Source: a virus
DNA: 64,000 nt
Strand: one strand, 5' to 3'
Virus record (IMG/VR): IMGVR_UViG_3300037485_001872
Span: 70,123 to 134,122 of that record
Shown here: in pieces, positions 52,591-62,603 of the stretch
Layout of the letters: each line of letters starts with the position of its first letter
Position numbering within the stretch: the stretch's first letter is position 1
The notes under the pieces: model-generated
The model's database searches: none
What the model was told of the DNA's origin: nothing
What the model saw: the letters and a program-made list of their open reading frames with translations, nothing else
Translations under genes and position numbers: made by a program

Positions 52591-52835
52591 TAGTATAAAT
52601 TTAATATTTTATTTAAAGTTTCTTTTACATCCTCTATTCTACAAGAGGTATGACATTCATTATTTTGTATTATTCTGTTCAACCATTTTATATCATCTAC
52701 ATCATCTATATTTGGTTTCTTACCCACTTGAAATCTAGCATTCATAATATATCTATCCCCAAGGCATATTAGTGCTGCATCAGATTTTTCACTTAATCCA
52801 GTTGCTGTTGTATATTCAATTGTATACGCACTCAT
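52590..52835 (-). CDS. hypothetical tail-associated protein
   Basis: 81-aa ORF translationally coupled within the tail cluster. Confidence 0.55.
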   Translation of the reverse strand: MSAYTIEYTTATGLSEKSDAALICLGDRYIMNARFQVGKKPNIDDVDDIKWLNRIIQNNECHTSCRIEDVKETLNKILNLY

Positions 52836-53371
52836 TAAAAGCAGTTATTACATTTTTTTACTTCTTCTATTAAGTCTTGCGCTTTGCAAAATAGTTCCTG
52901 AGCTGTAGCAAAATTGTTTGCCCGAAGGTTAGCTTCTGAACAACTAATTAACATTTCAATTTCCTTTATTCTGCGCCACTTATCCTCATTAATCCTATCA
53001 CATTCCAACTTCATATCAATTTTTAGAATATCTAGTTCTAGATTAAATTGAGCTGTTTGTAGAAATGTTTTTTCACAATAAAAGGTATCGGGGCTTGCCT
53101 TCACTTTAAAGATGTAAATACCATCTGGTAAATACTCATGAGCTGGTTCACAGCAATCCTCACAATTGAGATTTAAATTAGCTGTTGTAAAAATATTAAC
53201 TTTTTGCTTTCCCCAATAATGTGTAATAGGTGTAGATGCCCCAGGAGTTGTAATTTCTACAATAGAGGGTTTGTTTAATGCTACCCCCCATTCTGAAGTG
53301 TCAACTACAGCAATTATACGTGGGTCTTCAACTTTCTGAAAGAAAAAAGAAATATCTATGTTATGGCTCAT
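52835..53371 (-). CDS. crAss-like tail protein, possibly a hub component
   Basis: D.S.W.....P.IVEIT.PG...LPDGIY...ASP motif, helical C-terminus with terminal CxxC. Confidence 0.55.
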   Translation of the reverse strand: MSHNIDISFFFQKVEDPRIIAVVDTSEWGVALNKPSIVEITTPGASTPITHYWGKQKVNIFTTANLNLNCEDCCEPAHEYLPDGIYIFKVKASPDTFYCEKTFLQTAQFNLELDILKIDMKLECDRINEDKWRRIKEIEMLISCSEANLRANNFATAQELFCKAQDLIEEVKKCNNCF

Positions 53372-53913
53372 TTTGTACGTTTTTGAAATAAAGCATAGTT
53401 TACACTTACTTTAAATGCAGATTTATCAGGAGAATTTCCACCAAATCTTTCATTAAATTTTATAAAATATAAATATTCTACCGTCACTGAAACTTTATTA
53501 TCCTTAAATGGATGTGTAGTAATAAATAATGCAAAAGGACTATTGTACCCTTCATTATTTTTTGCTATTATTGAATCTGTAGGTCTTGGTAAAAATGCAT
53601 TTAAATACATAAAATATGTGCCCACCTCTAGTTTTTTATTTATGTGATTTGAAATTCCCATTTGTAAAATAAAAAAACTGTTTTTAGCAATTATTGGACT
53701 TAACCAAACCACAGGTCTTAAAACAATATCTAAATTCGTTCTAGTTATTGGAACTCTTCTTTCCCCTACTATTGATAAGTATGGAGATTTATAACATGTT
53801 ATTGCCACACCCTCTATATAAATATTATCAGAATGAGGAATAGCACTATCTCTTTGAGATGTTGCTAGTAGAGTTGTAAATAAAAATAGACAAAATAAGA
53901 TTATTTTTTTCAT
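53368..53913 (-). CDS. exported protein, possible small outer-membrane beta-barrel
   Basis: Probable start MKKIILFCLFLFTTLLATSQ (signal peptide, TAATG-coupled at 53913); amphipathic beta-strands; C-terminal AFKVSVNYALF. Confidence 0.55.
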   Translation of the reverse strand: MKKIILFCLFLFTTLLATSQRDSAIPHSDNIYIEGVAITCYKSPYLSIVGERRVPITRTNLDIVLRPVVWLSPIIAKNSFFILQMGISNHINKKLEVGTYFMYLNAFLPRPTDSIIAKNNEGYNSPFALFITTHPFKDNKVSVTVEYLYFIKFNERFGGNSPDKSAFKVSVNYALFQKRTK

Positions 53914-56900
53914 TATACTACATATATTAATGTTAATGCATGGTAGTGTCCACTTGTATTTGCTGATTGATAGTCGCACTGGCCTAAACTACTTCCTACA
54001 GCTGTTATTCCTATACTACCTAATGCGCTACTTATATGTCCTGCACCACCTGTAGCTGAAACATAAGGTATTGGTAATGTAAAATCAAAATCTGTGGTTC
54101 CTGTTCCTGTTGTAGATATTAATATAAAACCCGAAATAGTTACAACATTTCCAACACGATTCCATTGAAATACTCCTGGTGTGGTGGAAACTATATTATT
54201 AGTATTTGAAACGGTTGGTGTATATGTACCTGATGCTATATATTGATTTACGACCCCTGTAACAGCTCCAGCATTGTTATGTAGTGCCGTTCCATATAAT
54301 CTTCCATCATCTGTTAAAATTAAACGAGATGTGCCAGCATTTTTAAAGTTAAATATCGCTGCTAGAGTTGGGGTACTTCCTGCAAATGTGGTATCTACAG
54401 TTAACCCGTTTAATGATTGTGTTCCTACAGATGCTGTTAAGGTTTGTTTAAGGTATGTACCTGCTAAAGTTTGTGTGGCTGCTGCACCTGTAAGACCTGT
54501 GGTTACATACAACCCTGCAATTATATCAGAAGCTGTTGCTCTAGCTGTTAGTAATCCTGTTAAAGTTACTGCTGCTGTAGTTGCTGTAGTTGCTGTAAAG
54601 GTTGCTGTTTGTGCAAGTTTACCCTCACTAGTTAAATTTAAGTGAGAAACAGAGGAAGTTTGTAAATCTAATAAATATTTTGTAGCAGAGAAAGCATCTG
54701 TAAATGTAGCATTAATTTTTAAAGCATTAAGAATTTGTGTTGCTGCCGCACTTACTAATGTTGGATTTAAAAGTATACCATTTATTGTATCACTAGCTGT
54801 TGCTCTTGCTGTAGCTGTTCCTAATAAAGTTATTCCTGATTCATTATTACTTATAGCTGTAAAACCATAAGTGTTTATTTCCTTTGTACTAAATAAATTT
54901 AAAGGAGTTGAACTATTACCAAGTTCATTTGAGGAGTCTGTAAGTTTTAAAAGTTGTGTAGATGTACTTGTTTCAAAAAGCACTGTAGTTGCTGCGGCTG
55001 TACCTTTCACTTGAAGTTTAGCTGTAGCTGTAGCATTTGTTCCTAAACTTAAGTTTCCTGTAGAAGAATAATATAATTTACTTCCATAAGCGGCTCCATT
55101 TATAGAAGACTGAAGAATCCAATCTGCTGTTGGTGCTGTTCCTTGAATTGGTAAAACATACGCTGTATAATCAATTGTTTGTGCTGCACTTCCTGTAGTT
55201 CCCCAACCAGATGCACTCCATCTTACTGGGTTAGAAACTTCCTGAGCTCCAACTGTTGCTACGGCTCCTGTTGTTAAAGAAAGACCTGCTAAATTTAAAT
55301 TAGCCAATGAAGGTGCTGCACCAAGTCCACTTCTATTTGTAATAGTTAGTGTAGATGTTGGAGAGGTTGTACCTCCCATTGCTATTAAACCTGTAGCTCC
55401 TTTTAAATAGAAAATTGGGTATGTTGTAGCAGAAGCTACAGACCCGCCAATACTAAAATCAAAAGCTCCTGTATATAAATATCTGTTAGCTGTAAAATCT
55501 GCGCTACCAGTACCTGCTGTACTAAGTCCTAATTGTAAAACACCAGCACTATAGCTTACACCATTATTTGCTGAAGCTAATTGTTGGTCTAATTGGTAAC
55601 GTGTTGCACCTATAGTAAAATATAAATGGCTTGTATGATACTCTAATGCACCATTTTCTGGAGTTGTTAAAGCTGTTCCTGTATTTAGTTTTAAAGGAGC
55701 TGTTGACGCTGCTGCGGTTCCTGCTGCTAAATGTAATCTTGCTGTTGGGCTTATTTCTCCTATACCAATATTTCCTGGAGATATACTTGTACCTGTTCCT
55801 GAAAGATTTGTTCCAAATATTAAATTACCTATTGAAAGTTGATAGTTTGTAGTTGCAACTGGAGCATCAATATCATATCCTATTATAATATTTGTACTTC
55901 CTGTTGTTAAATTATTTCCTGCATTATACCCTATATAAATATTATTAGCACCACTACCTGAACCATTACTTCCTGCTCCATAACCTAAAGCTGTATTATT
56001 ATTACCACTACCATTATTAGACATTGCTTCTCTACCAATGGCTGTGTTACCCGATGATGAGCCTGTTAAGCCTCCTAATGCTGCTGCACCTATTGCTGTA
56101 TTATAAAAACCCGTAGTTACACTGTTTAAAGCTTTATACCCTAGTCCTACATTTGCACTTCCTGTAGTAATTACTTTTAGGGCTTCATAGCCTATAGCTG
56201 TATTTACATTTCCTGTTGTATTTGCATTTAAAGCAGTTACCCCAAGAGCTGTATTAGTAGCTATACTACTGTTACCAAGTCCTAATGCTAATGTGTTTAT
56301 TAAAGCATCACTTCCAACTAATGTTATTCCTTTTGTTGGAGATGTTGTTCCAATTCCAAGTCTATTATTTACTTCATCATACGCAGATGTTCCAAAAATT
56401 ATTTTACCCTTGGTTGCATGTGATGTGGAGTAAATTGTTAAATTATTCCCACTGGCCGTTCCTCCATAAATAGATTGCCCTCCAGATACACCTGTGCTTA
56501 TATTTGCACTAATTGTACCTGTAGTGTTGGTTAACCCTGTACCTATAGCTAAAGATGCTATTGTTGCATTTATTGTGCGGAAATCTTCTACCCAAGCTGA
56601 ACCTGAGTAAGTATACCAAACTGTGTGTGTAGCATATTTTGTAATATATGTATCTCCTAGTTGTAAACCTGAAGAAGGATTTGTTCCTCCTGGATTTGGT
56701 GGGTCAGCACTAGTTGCTGGAACGTCAAATCCTGAGTTATCTTCGAAGAACGTATTATAGTTTTCAGAGTTAGAGTCTTGGTATGTTAATACCCAACTAC
56801 CACCTGTACGAGTCCAAAAGTTTGTATAATCATTATACCTTTGTATAATATTATCTCCATTTGTTGGAGAGGAAGGTGGAGTACCTGGACTTGCTGGGGC

Positions 56901-57233
56901 TACTCCCGAATCACCGCTTCTTAGTTGAAATGTTGTAAGATTTCCTGTACCTACTCCTGTAGCTACATTTCCTAATGCTGTCCAACTATAAGTGGTACTA
57001 TCACAAGAGGTTTGCTGAAAGAATCCTAATCCATTATCCCAAATTTCTATAATAAGAGCTCCTTCTGCTATATTATCTGGTACTGTTCCTACAGGCTCTT
57101 CATATGTTGATGAAGGCATATCTGCTCCAGTACTATCAATGACAGCTGTAACCCCTTTTAGTCGTAATTTATCATCACAATACCAAGAACAACTTGATAG
57201 GTCAGATACTAATACTTTATTTCGTGTTCCCAT
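53913..57233 (-). CDS. long tail fibre protein (1106 aa)
   Basis: G/T/S/A-rich; NRLGIGT.SP, NTA.G..AL repeats, two ATARATASD-like repeats, C-terminal SGTYTPT...W.RVGNVVT.SG. Confidence 0.75.
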   Translation of the reverse strand: MGTRNKVLVSDLSSCSWYCDDKLRLKGVTAVIDSTGADMPSSTYEEPVGTVPDNIAEGALIIEIWDNGLGFFQQTSCDSTTYSWTALGNVATGVGTGNLTTFQLRSGDSGVAPASPGTPPSSPTNGDNIIQRYNDYTNFWTRTGGSWVLTYQDSNSENYNTFFEDNSGFDVPATSADPPNPGGTNPSSGLQLGDTYITKYATHTVWYTYSGSAWVEDFRTINATIASLAIGTGLTNTTGTISANISTGVSGGQSIYGGTASGNNLTIYSTSHATKGKIIFGTSAYDEVNNRLGIGTTSPTKGITLVGSDALINTLALGLGNSSIATNTALGVTALNANTTGNVNTAIGYEALKVITTGSANVGLGYKALNSVTTGFYNTAIGAAALGGLTGSSSGNTAIGREAMSNNGSGNNNTALGYGAGSNGSGSGANNIYIGYNAGNNLTTGSTNIIIGYDIDAPVATTNYQLSIGNLIFGTNLSGTGTSISPGNIGIGEISPTARLHLAAGTAAASTAPLKLNTGTALTTPENGALEYHTSHLYFTIGATRYQLDQQLASANNGVSYSAGVLQLGLSTAGTGSADFTANRYLYTGAFDFSIGGSVASATTYPIFYLKGATGLIAMGGTTSPTSTLTITNRSGLGAAPSLANLNLAGLSLTTGAVATVGAQEVSNPVRWSASGWGTTGSAAQTIDYTAYVLPIQGTAPTADWILQSSINGAAYGSKLYYSSTGNLSLGTNATATAKLQVKGTAAATTVLFETSTSTQLLKLTDSSNELGNSSTPLNLFSTKEINTYGFTAISNNESGITLLGTATARATASDTINGILLNPTLVSAAATQILNALKINATFTDAFSATKYLLDLQTSSVSHLNLTSEGKLAQTATFTATTATTAAVTLTGLLTARATASDIIAGLYVTTGLTGAAATQTLAGTYLKQTLTASVGTQSLNGLTVDTTFAGSTPTLAAIFNFKNAGTSRLILTDDGRLYGTALHNNAGAVTGVVNQYIASGTYTPTVSNTNNIVSTTPGVFQWNRVGNVVTISGFILISTTGTGTTDFDFTLPIPYVSATGGAGHISSALGSIGITAVGSSLGQCDYQSANTSGHYHALTLIYVV

Positions 57234-57249
57234 TTATTATATTATTGGA

Positions 57250-57510
57250 TTATGGTGTTAGTAATGTACAATCTAAGAAACCATCATCACAACATTCCGC
57301 TAAATCGGTTTGCAGAGTACAAATGGCTGTATTAATCTTGCCAAGAATAGTGTTTCCATCATCTCCCGCTATAATACCTGTGCAGGATAGAGTTGTACTA
57401 TCATACACTAAACATGTTGTATATGTAGGTGTTTCACAAGTACAGATTTCTGGTTCTGTACAAGAACATGGAGAAGGGGTTATACTTTCTTGGCAAGATT
57501 TACAGGTCAT
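57250..57510 (-). CDS. small Cys-rich tail/fibre-associated protein
   Basis: Cys-rich; TTCLVY....L.C.GI..GD....IL.KI..AIC motif. Confidence 0.55.
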   Translation of the reverse strand: MTCKSCQESITPSPCSCTEPEICTCETPTYTTCLVYDSTTLSCTGIIAGDDGNTILGKINTAICTLQTDLAECCDDGFLDCTLLTP

Positions 57511-57511
57511 T

Positions 57512-57814
57512 TTATTTCTTATTTTCTAGAATATCCCACACTTGACCATATATCAAGATGGGGTATACTTCATTGGCTAGAGATTTTAAATCGGAAACTT
57601 GTTCTGAACTAAGTTCGATTTCTTTTTCGGCTTTTTTAATGTCTGTTAAAAGACAATACCTTGCATACTTTTTAGTGGAGTCTTCCTCTTTTCTTCCTCC
57701 TCCTAATAGAGAAGTTAATAGTGTGTCCTTAATTGTCACTCCTTTTAGAGGGTTTCCTTCAGAAATTTGTACTCCTTCTAAATCTACGATTGGGGTTGTT
57801 AAAATTACTTTCAT
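57512..57814 (-). CDS. hypothetical protein, possibly a tail fibre chaperone
   Basis: K..RY.L...I......IELSSEQV..LK......YP.LIYGQV..ILE pattern; adjacent to fibre genes. Confidence 0.55.
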   Translation of the reverse strand: MKVILTTPIVDLEGVQISEGNPLKGVTIKDTLLTSLLGGGRKEEDSTKKYARYCLLTDIKKAEKEIELSSEQVSDLKSLANEVYPILIYGQVWDILENKK

Positions 57815-57836
57815 TTTTGGTTTTTATTTTGTTTTA

Positions 57837-57867
57837 CAAATATATGACTTTTTTGTGACTTTTCAAA
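57837..57867 (-). promoter_or_regulatory. Bacteroidetes-type promoter
   Basis: TTTG (57864-57867), 19-nt spacer, TATATTTG (57837-57844) on the minus strand. Confidence 0.7.
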
Positions 57868-57887
57868 GCTAATAAAATGATATATTA

Positions 57888-58511
57888 TTAGATTTTTGGA
57901 ATTGTTAAAAGAACTACAAGAACTCCTACCGCTGTAACTAATACTTTGGTTACAATTTTTCTTCTCTTCACTTGCTTCTTTAGCTTTTTGATTTCCTTTT
58001 TATTATTGGCTATTTCAGAGGTCTTAATTATATCTAACACTTTATCATTTTTAATTGTTGTTTTTAGTGCTCCAATTATTGTATCTTTTTGTACAATAGT
58101 TTCAGTGTAGGTATAGGTTCTCTCTATGCAGCCATATAAATCTATCTCACATGTTTTCAAATCTGTAAAAATCTGTGCTAAACCTGTAGTGTCAAACTTC
58201 TTGTATCTCTCTGTTAAACTATCTACCTTTTGTTTATTTGTCATTTTATGAACTACGGCTTTCTTATTTTCCTGTTCATTTAAACTAATGGTTTTTAATA
58301 GAAGAAGAGAATCCACTTTATCTTCTGCTTGTTCTACAATAATTTGTAATCCTGCATTTTCCACTCTTAAACTATCCTCAATAGCAGAATTTACTATAGG
58401 GGCTTTCATCTTACTCATACTTAATAATATCACAGCTAAGGATAATATTACAATCACTAGGTTTTTAATTTGTTCCTTCTTCATTATTTGGTATATTATT
58501 TTTATTTCCAT
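57888..58511 (-). CDS. membrane-anchored coiled-coil protein, spanin-like
   Basis: N- and C-terminal hydrophobic segments around a coiled coil; follows endolysin and holin; start may be ATG 58484. Confidence 0.55.
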   Translation of the reverse strand: MEIKIIYQIMKKEQIKNLVIVILSLAVILLSMSKMKAPIVNSAIEDSLRVENAGLQIIVEQAEDKVDSLLLLKTISLNEQENKKAVVHKMTNKQKVDSLTERYKKFDTTGLAQIFTDLKTCEIDLYGCIERTYTYTETIVQKDTIIGALKTTIKNDKVLDIIKTSEIANNKKEIKKLKKQVKRRKIVTKVLVTAVGVLVVLLTIPKI

Positions 58512-58740
58512 TTTTTAATTCTATAATTTGGGCTCCTGTAATTAATGCTAAACATAATGCCGAGTATATTAACCATATTGATACTATGATTGATAGTGTT
58601 GAGCTATTAGTAAAAATAAAAGATAATTTTGCTGCAATACCCACTGCAAGAAAAGACATCCATTTCCGCATTGACCCCCCTGTTGAGTGATTATCAAAAG
58701 GAGAAATGAGCCAAAGTATTATTTTTTTTATTGTTTCCAT
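58465..58740 (-). CDS. putative holin
   Basis: 91 aa, two hydrophobic segments, polar C-terminus, coupled to the endolysin. Confidence 0.55.
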   Translation of the reverse strand: METIKKIILWLISPFDNHSTGGSMRKWMSFLAVGIAAKLSFIFTNSSTLSIIVSIWLIYSALCLALITGAQIIELKNGNKNNIPNNEEGTN

Positions 58741-59231
58741 TAAATTTCTTTTAAATAAGTTGTTCCAGAAATAAAGTCTTTTGCATTATATTTTGCTAAT
58801 AACTGTTGCCACGTATATTTAGATTTTTCCACATGGGGCAGGTCTACAAAGCTTCGAAACTCCCCTCCCCATTTCCATCCGTACTTTTTAAACACCTTTA
58901 CAACTTCCATCCAATCTGACACTTTATCCCCATCAAAATCTGTTTTTGTATCCCATGATGCTACCTTACCATCTATTATTAGTACAAAATCAATTGCTGC
59001 ACCAAAGCAATGAAAACTTTGACCAAATTTACACTTAGTTACTATTTTTCCAGGCGTTGTTCTTCCTTGTGCATATAAATCATTTTGCTCTTTTTCTGTT
59101 CGTAATGCTTGCGCTATACGTACTTTAGCCCTACCTGTTAGTAAAACATCACACTCGTTAATTATTTTAATTACCTCTTCTCTTAAAGAAGGGTGCAGTG
59201 TTTGTATTTTTTGTTCCGTTACTTTATCCAT
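58740..59231 (-). CDS. endolysin, peptidase M15 (L-Ala-D-Glu endopeptidase-like)
   Basis: LRT..EQ..LYAQGRT.PG.IVT....GQS.H.FG.A.D, WGG.F....D.PH.E; start corrected to MDKVTEQK at 59231. Confidence 0.9.
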   Translation of the reverse strand: MDKVTEQKIQTLHPSLREEVIKIINECDVLLTGRAKVRIAQALRTEKEQNDLYAQGRTTPGKIVTKCKFGQSFHCFGAAIDFVLIIDGKVASWDTKTDFDGDKVSDWMEVVKVFKKYGWKWGGEFRSFVDLPHVEKSKYTWQQLLAKYNAKDFISGTTYLKEI

Positions 59232-59602
59232 TATAATATTATTATTATAAGTGCTGTTATTGCAATTGCTTTTAAAATAATTTCGTATATTTCTACATGG
59301 GTTCCGAAAAGCCAAGTTCTAAACCTATCACTTACACTCCCTGTTTTACTTACATAGAACATTCTATGTTTACGGAGTTTGTTTAATATAGGTTCATATA
59401 GAATATAAAAAGCTAAATAAAACTGTGCTAGTTCTTTTGTAAAATTAAATATTAATATTCCTACTAATATCACTATACAATATTGAACTTTATGCCAAGC
59501 GTCTTTATAAGTTTTATTCCAAACACCTTTATAGCTTTTAATAACTAGAGCGTTAAATACCGCAAATAATATTATTAAAACTATAGAAAGTATATTAGTC
59601 AT
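59231..59602 (-). CDS. membrane protein
   Basis: Several hydrophobic segments; in the lysis region. Confidence 0.6.
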   Translation of the reverse strand: MTNILSIVLIILFAVFNALVIKSYKGVWNKTYKDAWHKVQYCIVILVGILIFNFTKELAQFYLAFYILYEPILNKLRKHRMFYVSKTGSVSDRFRTWLFGTHVEIYEIILKAIAITALIIIIL

Positions 59603-59795
59603 TCTTTCTTGAAAATATATATATTCCTAATGTTAATAAAACTGGTACAGCAAATGTTAATACTGTATCTACTCCTTTTGATATAATACCTCTCTCATGA
59701 AGGTTGGTAAACCATATCATCAATCCTGATACTACAAACACTGTAGCTATCATTAAAAAATTGTTAAATTCGAAACTTTTTTTATCTATGCTCAT
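59595..59795 (-). CDS. small two-TM membrane protein
   Basis: 66 aa, two hydrophobic helices. Confidence 0.55.
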   Translation of the reverse strand: MSIDKKSFEFNNFLMIATVFVVSGLMIWFTNLHERGIISKGVDTVLTFAVPVLLTLGIYIFSRKND

Positions 59796-59796
59796 T

Positions 59797-59985
59797 TTAT
59801 AAGTATTTATTTATTAATTCATTACTCCAGTGTAATATTACGCTTCCAAAGAGAATTGTTTCTAAAAGTGTAAACGTGTCATGGTTTATTATTTTACAAG
59901 AAAGAATTGAGTCTATATATATGTACCCCACTATTAATATTGTGAATGATATTAATATTTTTATATATGTAGGTACACGGGACAC
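59797..59985 (-). CDS. small membrane protein
   Basis: 62 aa, hydrophobic, in-operon spacing. Confidence 0.5.
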   Translation of the reverse strand: MSRVPTYIKILISFTILIVGYIYIDSILSCKIINHDTFTLLETILFGSVILHWSNELINKYL

Positions 59986-59991
59986 TTTTCA

Positions 59992-60576
59992 TTACTTTAC
60001 TTTTAATAACATTTCTATCTTAACTAGTTTATCTTGTATTGCTGATATTTCTTCTTGTGTTAAATCTTTTACTTCATGATGATAAGTAATTGATAAACTT
60101 CCATTAGAAATATTATCTCCAATTCTAAATTTATAACAATCTTTTACACCAAAACTTCTATGAAGTCTACCTATCACTGAGTCTTCTTTTTCTAAAATAC
60201 GGACAACAGCATTTTGTTGTATGCGGTTTATTAGTTCCCAATATGTTCCACAAGGCACAACTTGATTCTCTTTAATTATGGGTACTATTTCATCTCCTAC
60301 AGATTCTGCAATCATTGATAGGTATTTAAAACTAACTCCGTTAAACCCTATTGTTCCATTATGATAACCAAAAATATGAACACGGTCTGCTCCAGTTTTT
60401 ATTCTAATTTCATCAAGACATCTATTTATTTTTAAACCTATATCAATAGACTTTTCCAACTTTTTACTATCCTTTGCTTTTGCAAATTTAGTCTCAATGA
60501 ACTTTACAAATCTGTTTCCAAGTACTAGGATTATGGACGCTGCAATAATTCCTAAATTTGTAAGAATACTCTGCAT
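59992..60576 (-). CDS. membrane-anchored protein with GAF-like domain, possible holin or lysis regulator
   Basis: N-terminal TM, then ADRV.IF.YHNG......F...S...E motif; in the lysis region. Confidence 0.5.
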   Translation of the reverse strand: MQSILTNLGIIAASIILVLGNRFVKFIETKFAKAKDSKKLEKSIDIGLKINRCLDEIRIKTGADRVHIFGYHNGTIGFNGVSFKYLSMIAESVGDEIVPIIKENQVVPCGTYWELINRIQQNAVVRILEKEDSVIGRLHRSFGVKDCYKFRIGDNISNGSLSITYHHEVKDLTQEEISAIQDKLVKIEMLLKVK

Positions 60577-60579
60577 GAC

Positions 60580-60957
60580 CTACTCCCAATCTTGTCCTGT
60601 TAAACCAAACATTGATTCTGCATTTATAATATACTGTAAACCTTTTTCTAATTCTGTTGTTCTTCTTGTAAAGAATGGTGTAGCATCAGTATGTTTTACA
60701 TTTAATGCAAAAAATAACTGATTAACTTCTTCAACAGTAAATTCTTTGGAAAACTGTTTAACAATTGTTTCTGAATAGGTTTGTTCATCTTCTTCATTAA
60801 CTTTAGGAATTTCAGTTTTATAAATGTATTTACCATTTACTCTAATACCATTTTCATCTAATTGAAATAAGTCAATTTGACAAAAAATTGTGTTTTTTAC
60901 ATCAGGATTCATAATATCCGTTGATACTTGTTTTGTGCTTTTTAATTGTGTTATCAT
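60580..60957 (-). CDS. hypothetical protein
   Basis: 125-aa ORF ending FGLT..DWE. Confidence 0.6.
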   Translation of the reverse strand: MITQLKSTKQVSTDIMNPDVKNTIFCQIDLFQLDENGIRVNGKYIYKTEIPKVNEEDEQTYSETIVKQFSKEFTVEEVNQLFFALNVKHTDATPFFTRRTTELEKGLQYIINAESMFGLTGQDWE

Positions 60958-60967
60958 TTTTTATTTT

Positions 60968-61363
60968 TTATAAGTTATTATTTTGGTTGTTATTGGCAGC
61001 TCTTAAACAATGGTTTTTACCATCTCCAAATAAATATGCGAAGAAATCTATTACTTTAGATACTCCAATACCAAAAGGGTAGAGTGTATTGTTTTTTAAA
61101 TTTGTTCCTAATACAAAAGAGATTGTTTGGTCAACTGAACTTCCCATTCTATGTCCATTAGGGTGTATCCACCAATCATTAAAGATATCTTGGCAGATTA
61201 TATTTCCTAATTGGTCTAAACTAAATGCAATCTTATAAAAATATTTAGAAAGCTCTCCATGTTTTATACTACGGATTGCAGTATAAATAAAAGCAGGTAC
61301 TAATAATATTATTGCCAATACTATTGTAAGAACTAAAAGAAGGAATGTTAATAGTGTTTTCAT
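60968..61363 (-). CDS. phage membrane protein
   Basis: TM segment, then A.SLDQLGN......N...G..D.TIS..LG.N...HC motif. Confidence 0.65.
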   Translation of the reverse strand: MKTLLTFLLLVLTIVLAIILLVPAFIYTAIRSIKHGELSKYFYKIAFSLDQLGNIICQDIFNDWWIHPNGHRMGSSVDQTISFVLGTNLKNNTLYPFGIGVSKVIDFFAYLFGDGKNHCLRAANNNQNNNL

Positions 61364-61366
61364 TGT

Positions 61367-62578
61367 TTAGTATTCTTTCCAGTTAAGTGCTCCATTTAAA
61401 GTTATATTCGCTGTTAATGGTGTAACCACCAACACTATTTCATCCATTACATTGTCAATTGTACAACCAAGAAAACTAAAAAAATCTTTTTCTAGTAATC
61501 CGTAAGGAATTGGTTGCCCTTGTACTAAAAATCCTCCAAGTAAAGCTCGTCCACCAGTGGCAGTTATACTTATAGCAGTTACAGCACCAGCAACACCTAT
61601 TTCACAACATGAATTAGCAATTGATGTATATGTCAATGGAGTTGAAAGAGTTGGATTAAGAACTACTTCATAATGAATATAATCATTCCCACTTTGTACA
61701 ATAAGGTCTCCATTTGTAACTTTTACTGCATTATCCCTGTGAGTGGACTTCTTTCTTATACCACAAACAGCATAAGACGTACCTATTGTAGCCACAGTTT
61801 GACTTGGTACACCCGCTGTCAATAAACTATGACCACCATTATTAAAACCACCTTCATCTATACTTCCTTCAGTTGATGCTTGACTACATATATACCTAAG
61901 AGAGCCTGTTCCTGTTGAACTTCTTATTTCGTATCTTAACGGTTGATTAGGAGATTTAATAAATGTATCCGTAGCTGTTCCTGAATAATTAAATATGTGC
62001 GCTAATACAAATCCATTTGATGTTTTAACATACATACGTAAAACAGCTCCACCTAACCAAAGGAAATCAAATTCAACTACTGTAAAATTACCCCAGTTAG
62101 CTACGTTTTGATATTCTGCTAAATTGGCATATCCACTCCATGATGTAATAGCAACTGATAAAGTTTCTGTACCAGCTCTTGCACATTTTAAAGTTATAGT
62201 TGTTCCGTTGTTTTCTAACCAAAAACCATCATAAGAACTATCATAGACTCCTGTAGCTATACTTGAAAAGTACCCAACTCTTTTTGTAACATCGGCCTCT
62301 GCTGCAAATCCATCAAAAGTAACTTGTATTTGCTGAGATGTACCTGATGAATAAGAAGAAAACCTTTTAGTTTGTCTAATAAGATATTGCGCAGATGTTA
62401 CAGACATATTGTATTTATTATTTGAATAAGCTCCTGTGCCTGTACCTTTGGTATCAAACATTAAAGAACTATCTGCGTTTAATAATTTACCGTCATGTAG
62501 CTTAGTTGATTGAGACACCCTCATTCTAGCGGATGCATCATAACTAATATTTTTATGGTCTAGTCCAAATACTGACAT
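61367..62578 (-). CDS. beta-rich, probably virion-associated protein
   Basis: DA..R.RVS...L.D N-terminus, RQT.R...Y..G, F.WLG.., P..PLRYEI, ICS...EG motifs; lies next to a fibre gene. Confidence 0.55.
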   Translation of the reverse strand: MSVFGLDHKNISYDASARMRVSQSTKLHDGKLLNADSSLMFDTKGTGTGAYSNNKYNMSVTSAQYLIRQTKRFSSYSSGTSQQIQVTFDGFAAEADVTKRVGYFSSIATGVYDSSYDGFWLENNGTTITLKCARAGTETLSVAITSWSGYANLAEYQNVANWGNFTVVEFDFLWLGGAVLRMYVKTSNGFVLAHIFNYSGTATDTFIKSPNQPLRYEIRSSTGTGSLRYICSQASTEGSIDEGGFNNGGHSLLTAGVPSQTVATIGTSYAVCGIRKKSTHRDNAVKVTNGDLIVQSGNDYIHYEVVLNPTLSTPLTYTSIANSCCEIGVAGAVTAISITATGGRALLGGFLVQGQPIPYGLLEKDFFSFLGCTIDNVMDEIVLVVTPLTANITLNGALNWKEY

Positions 62579-62603
62579 TATATTTATTTTTTATATTTTA
62601 TTT

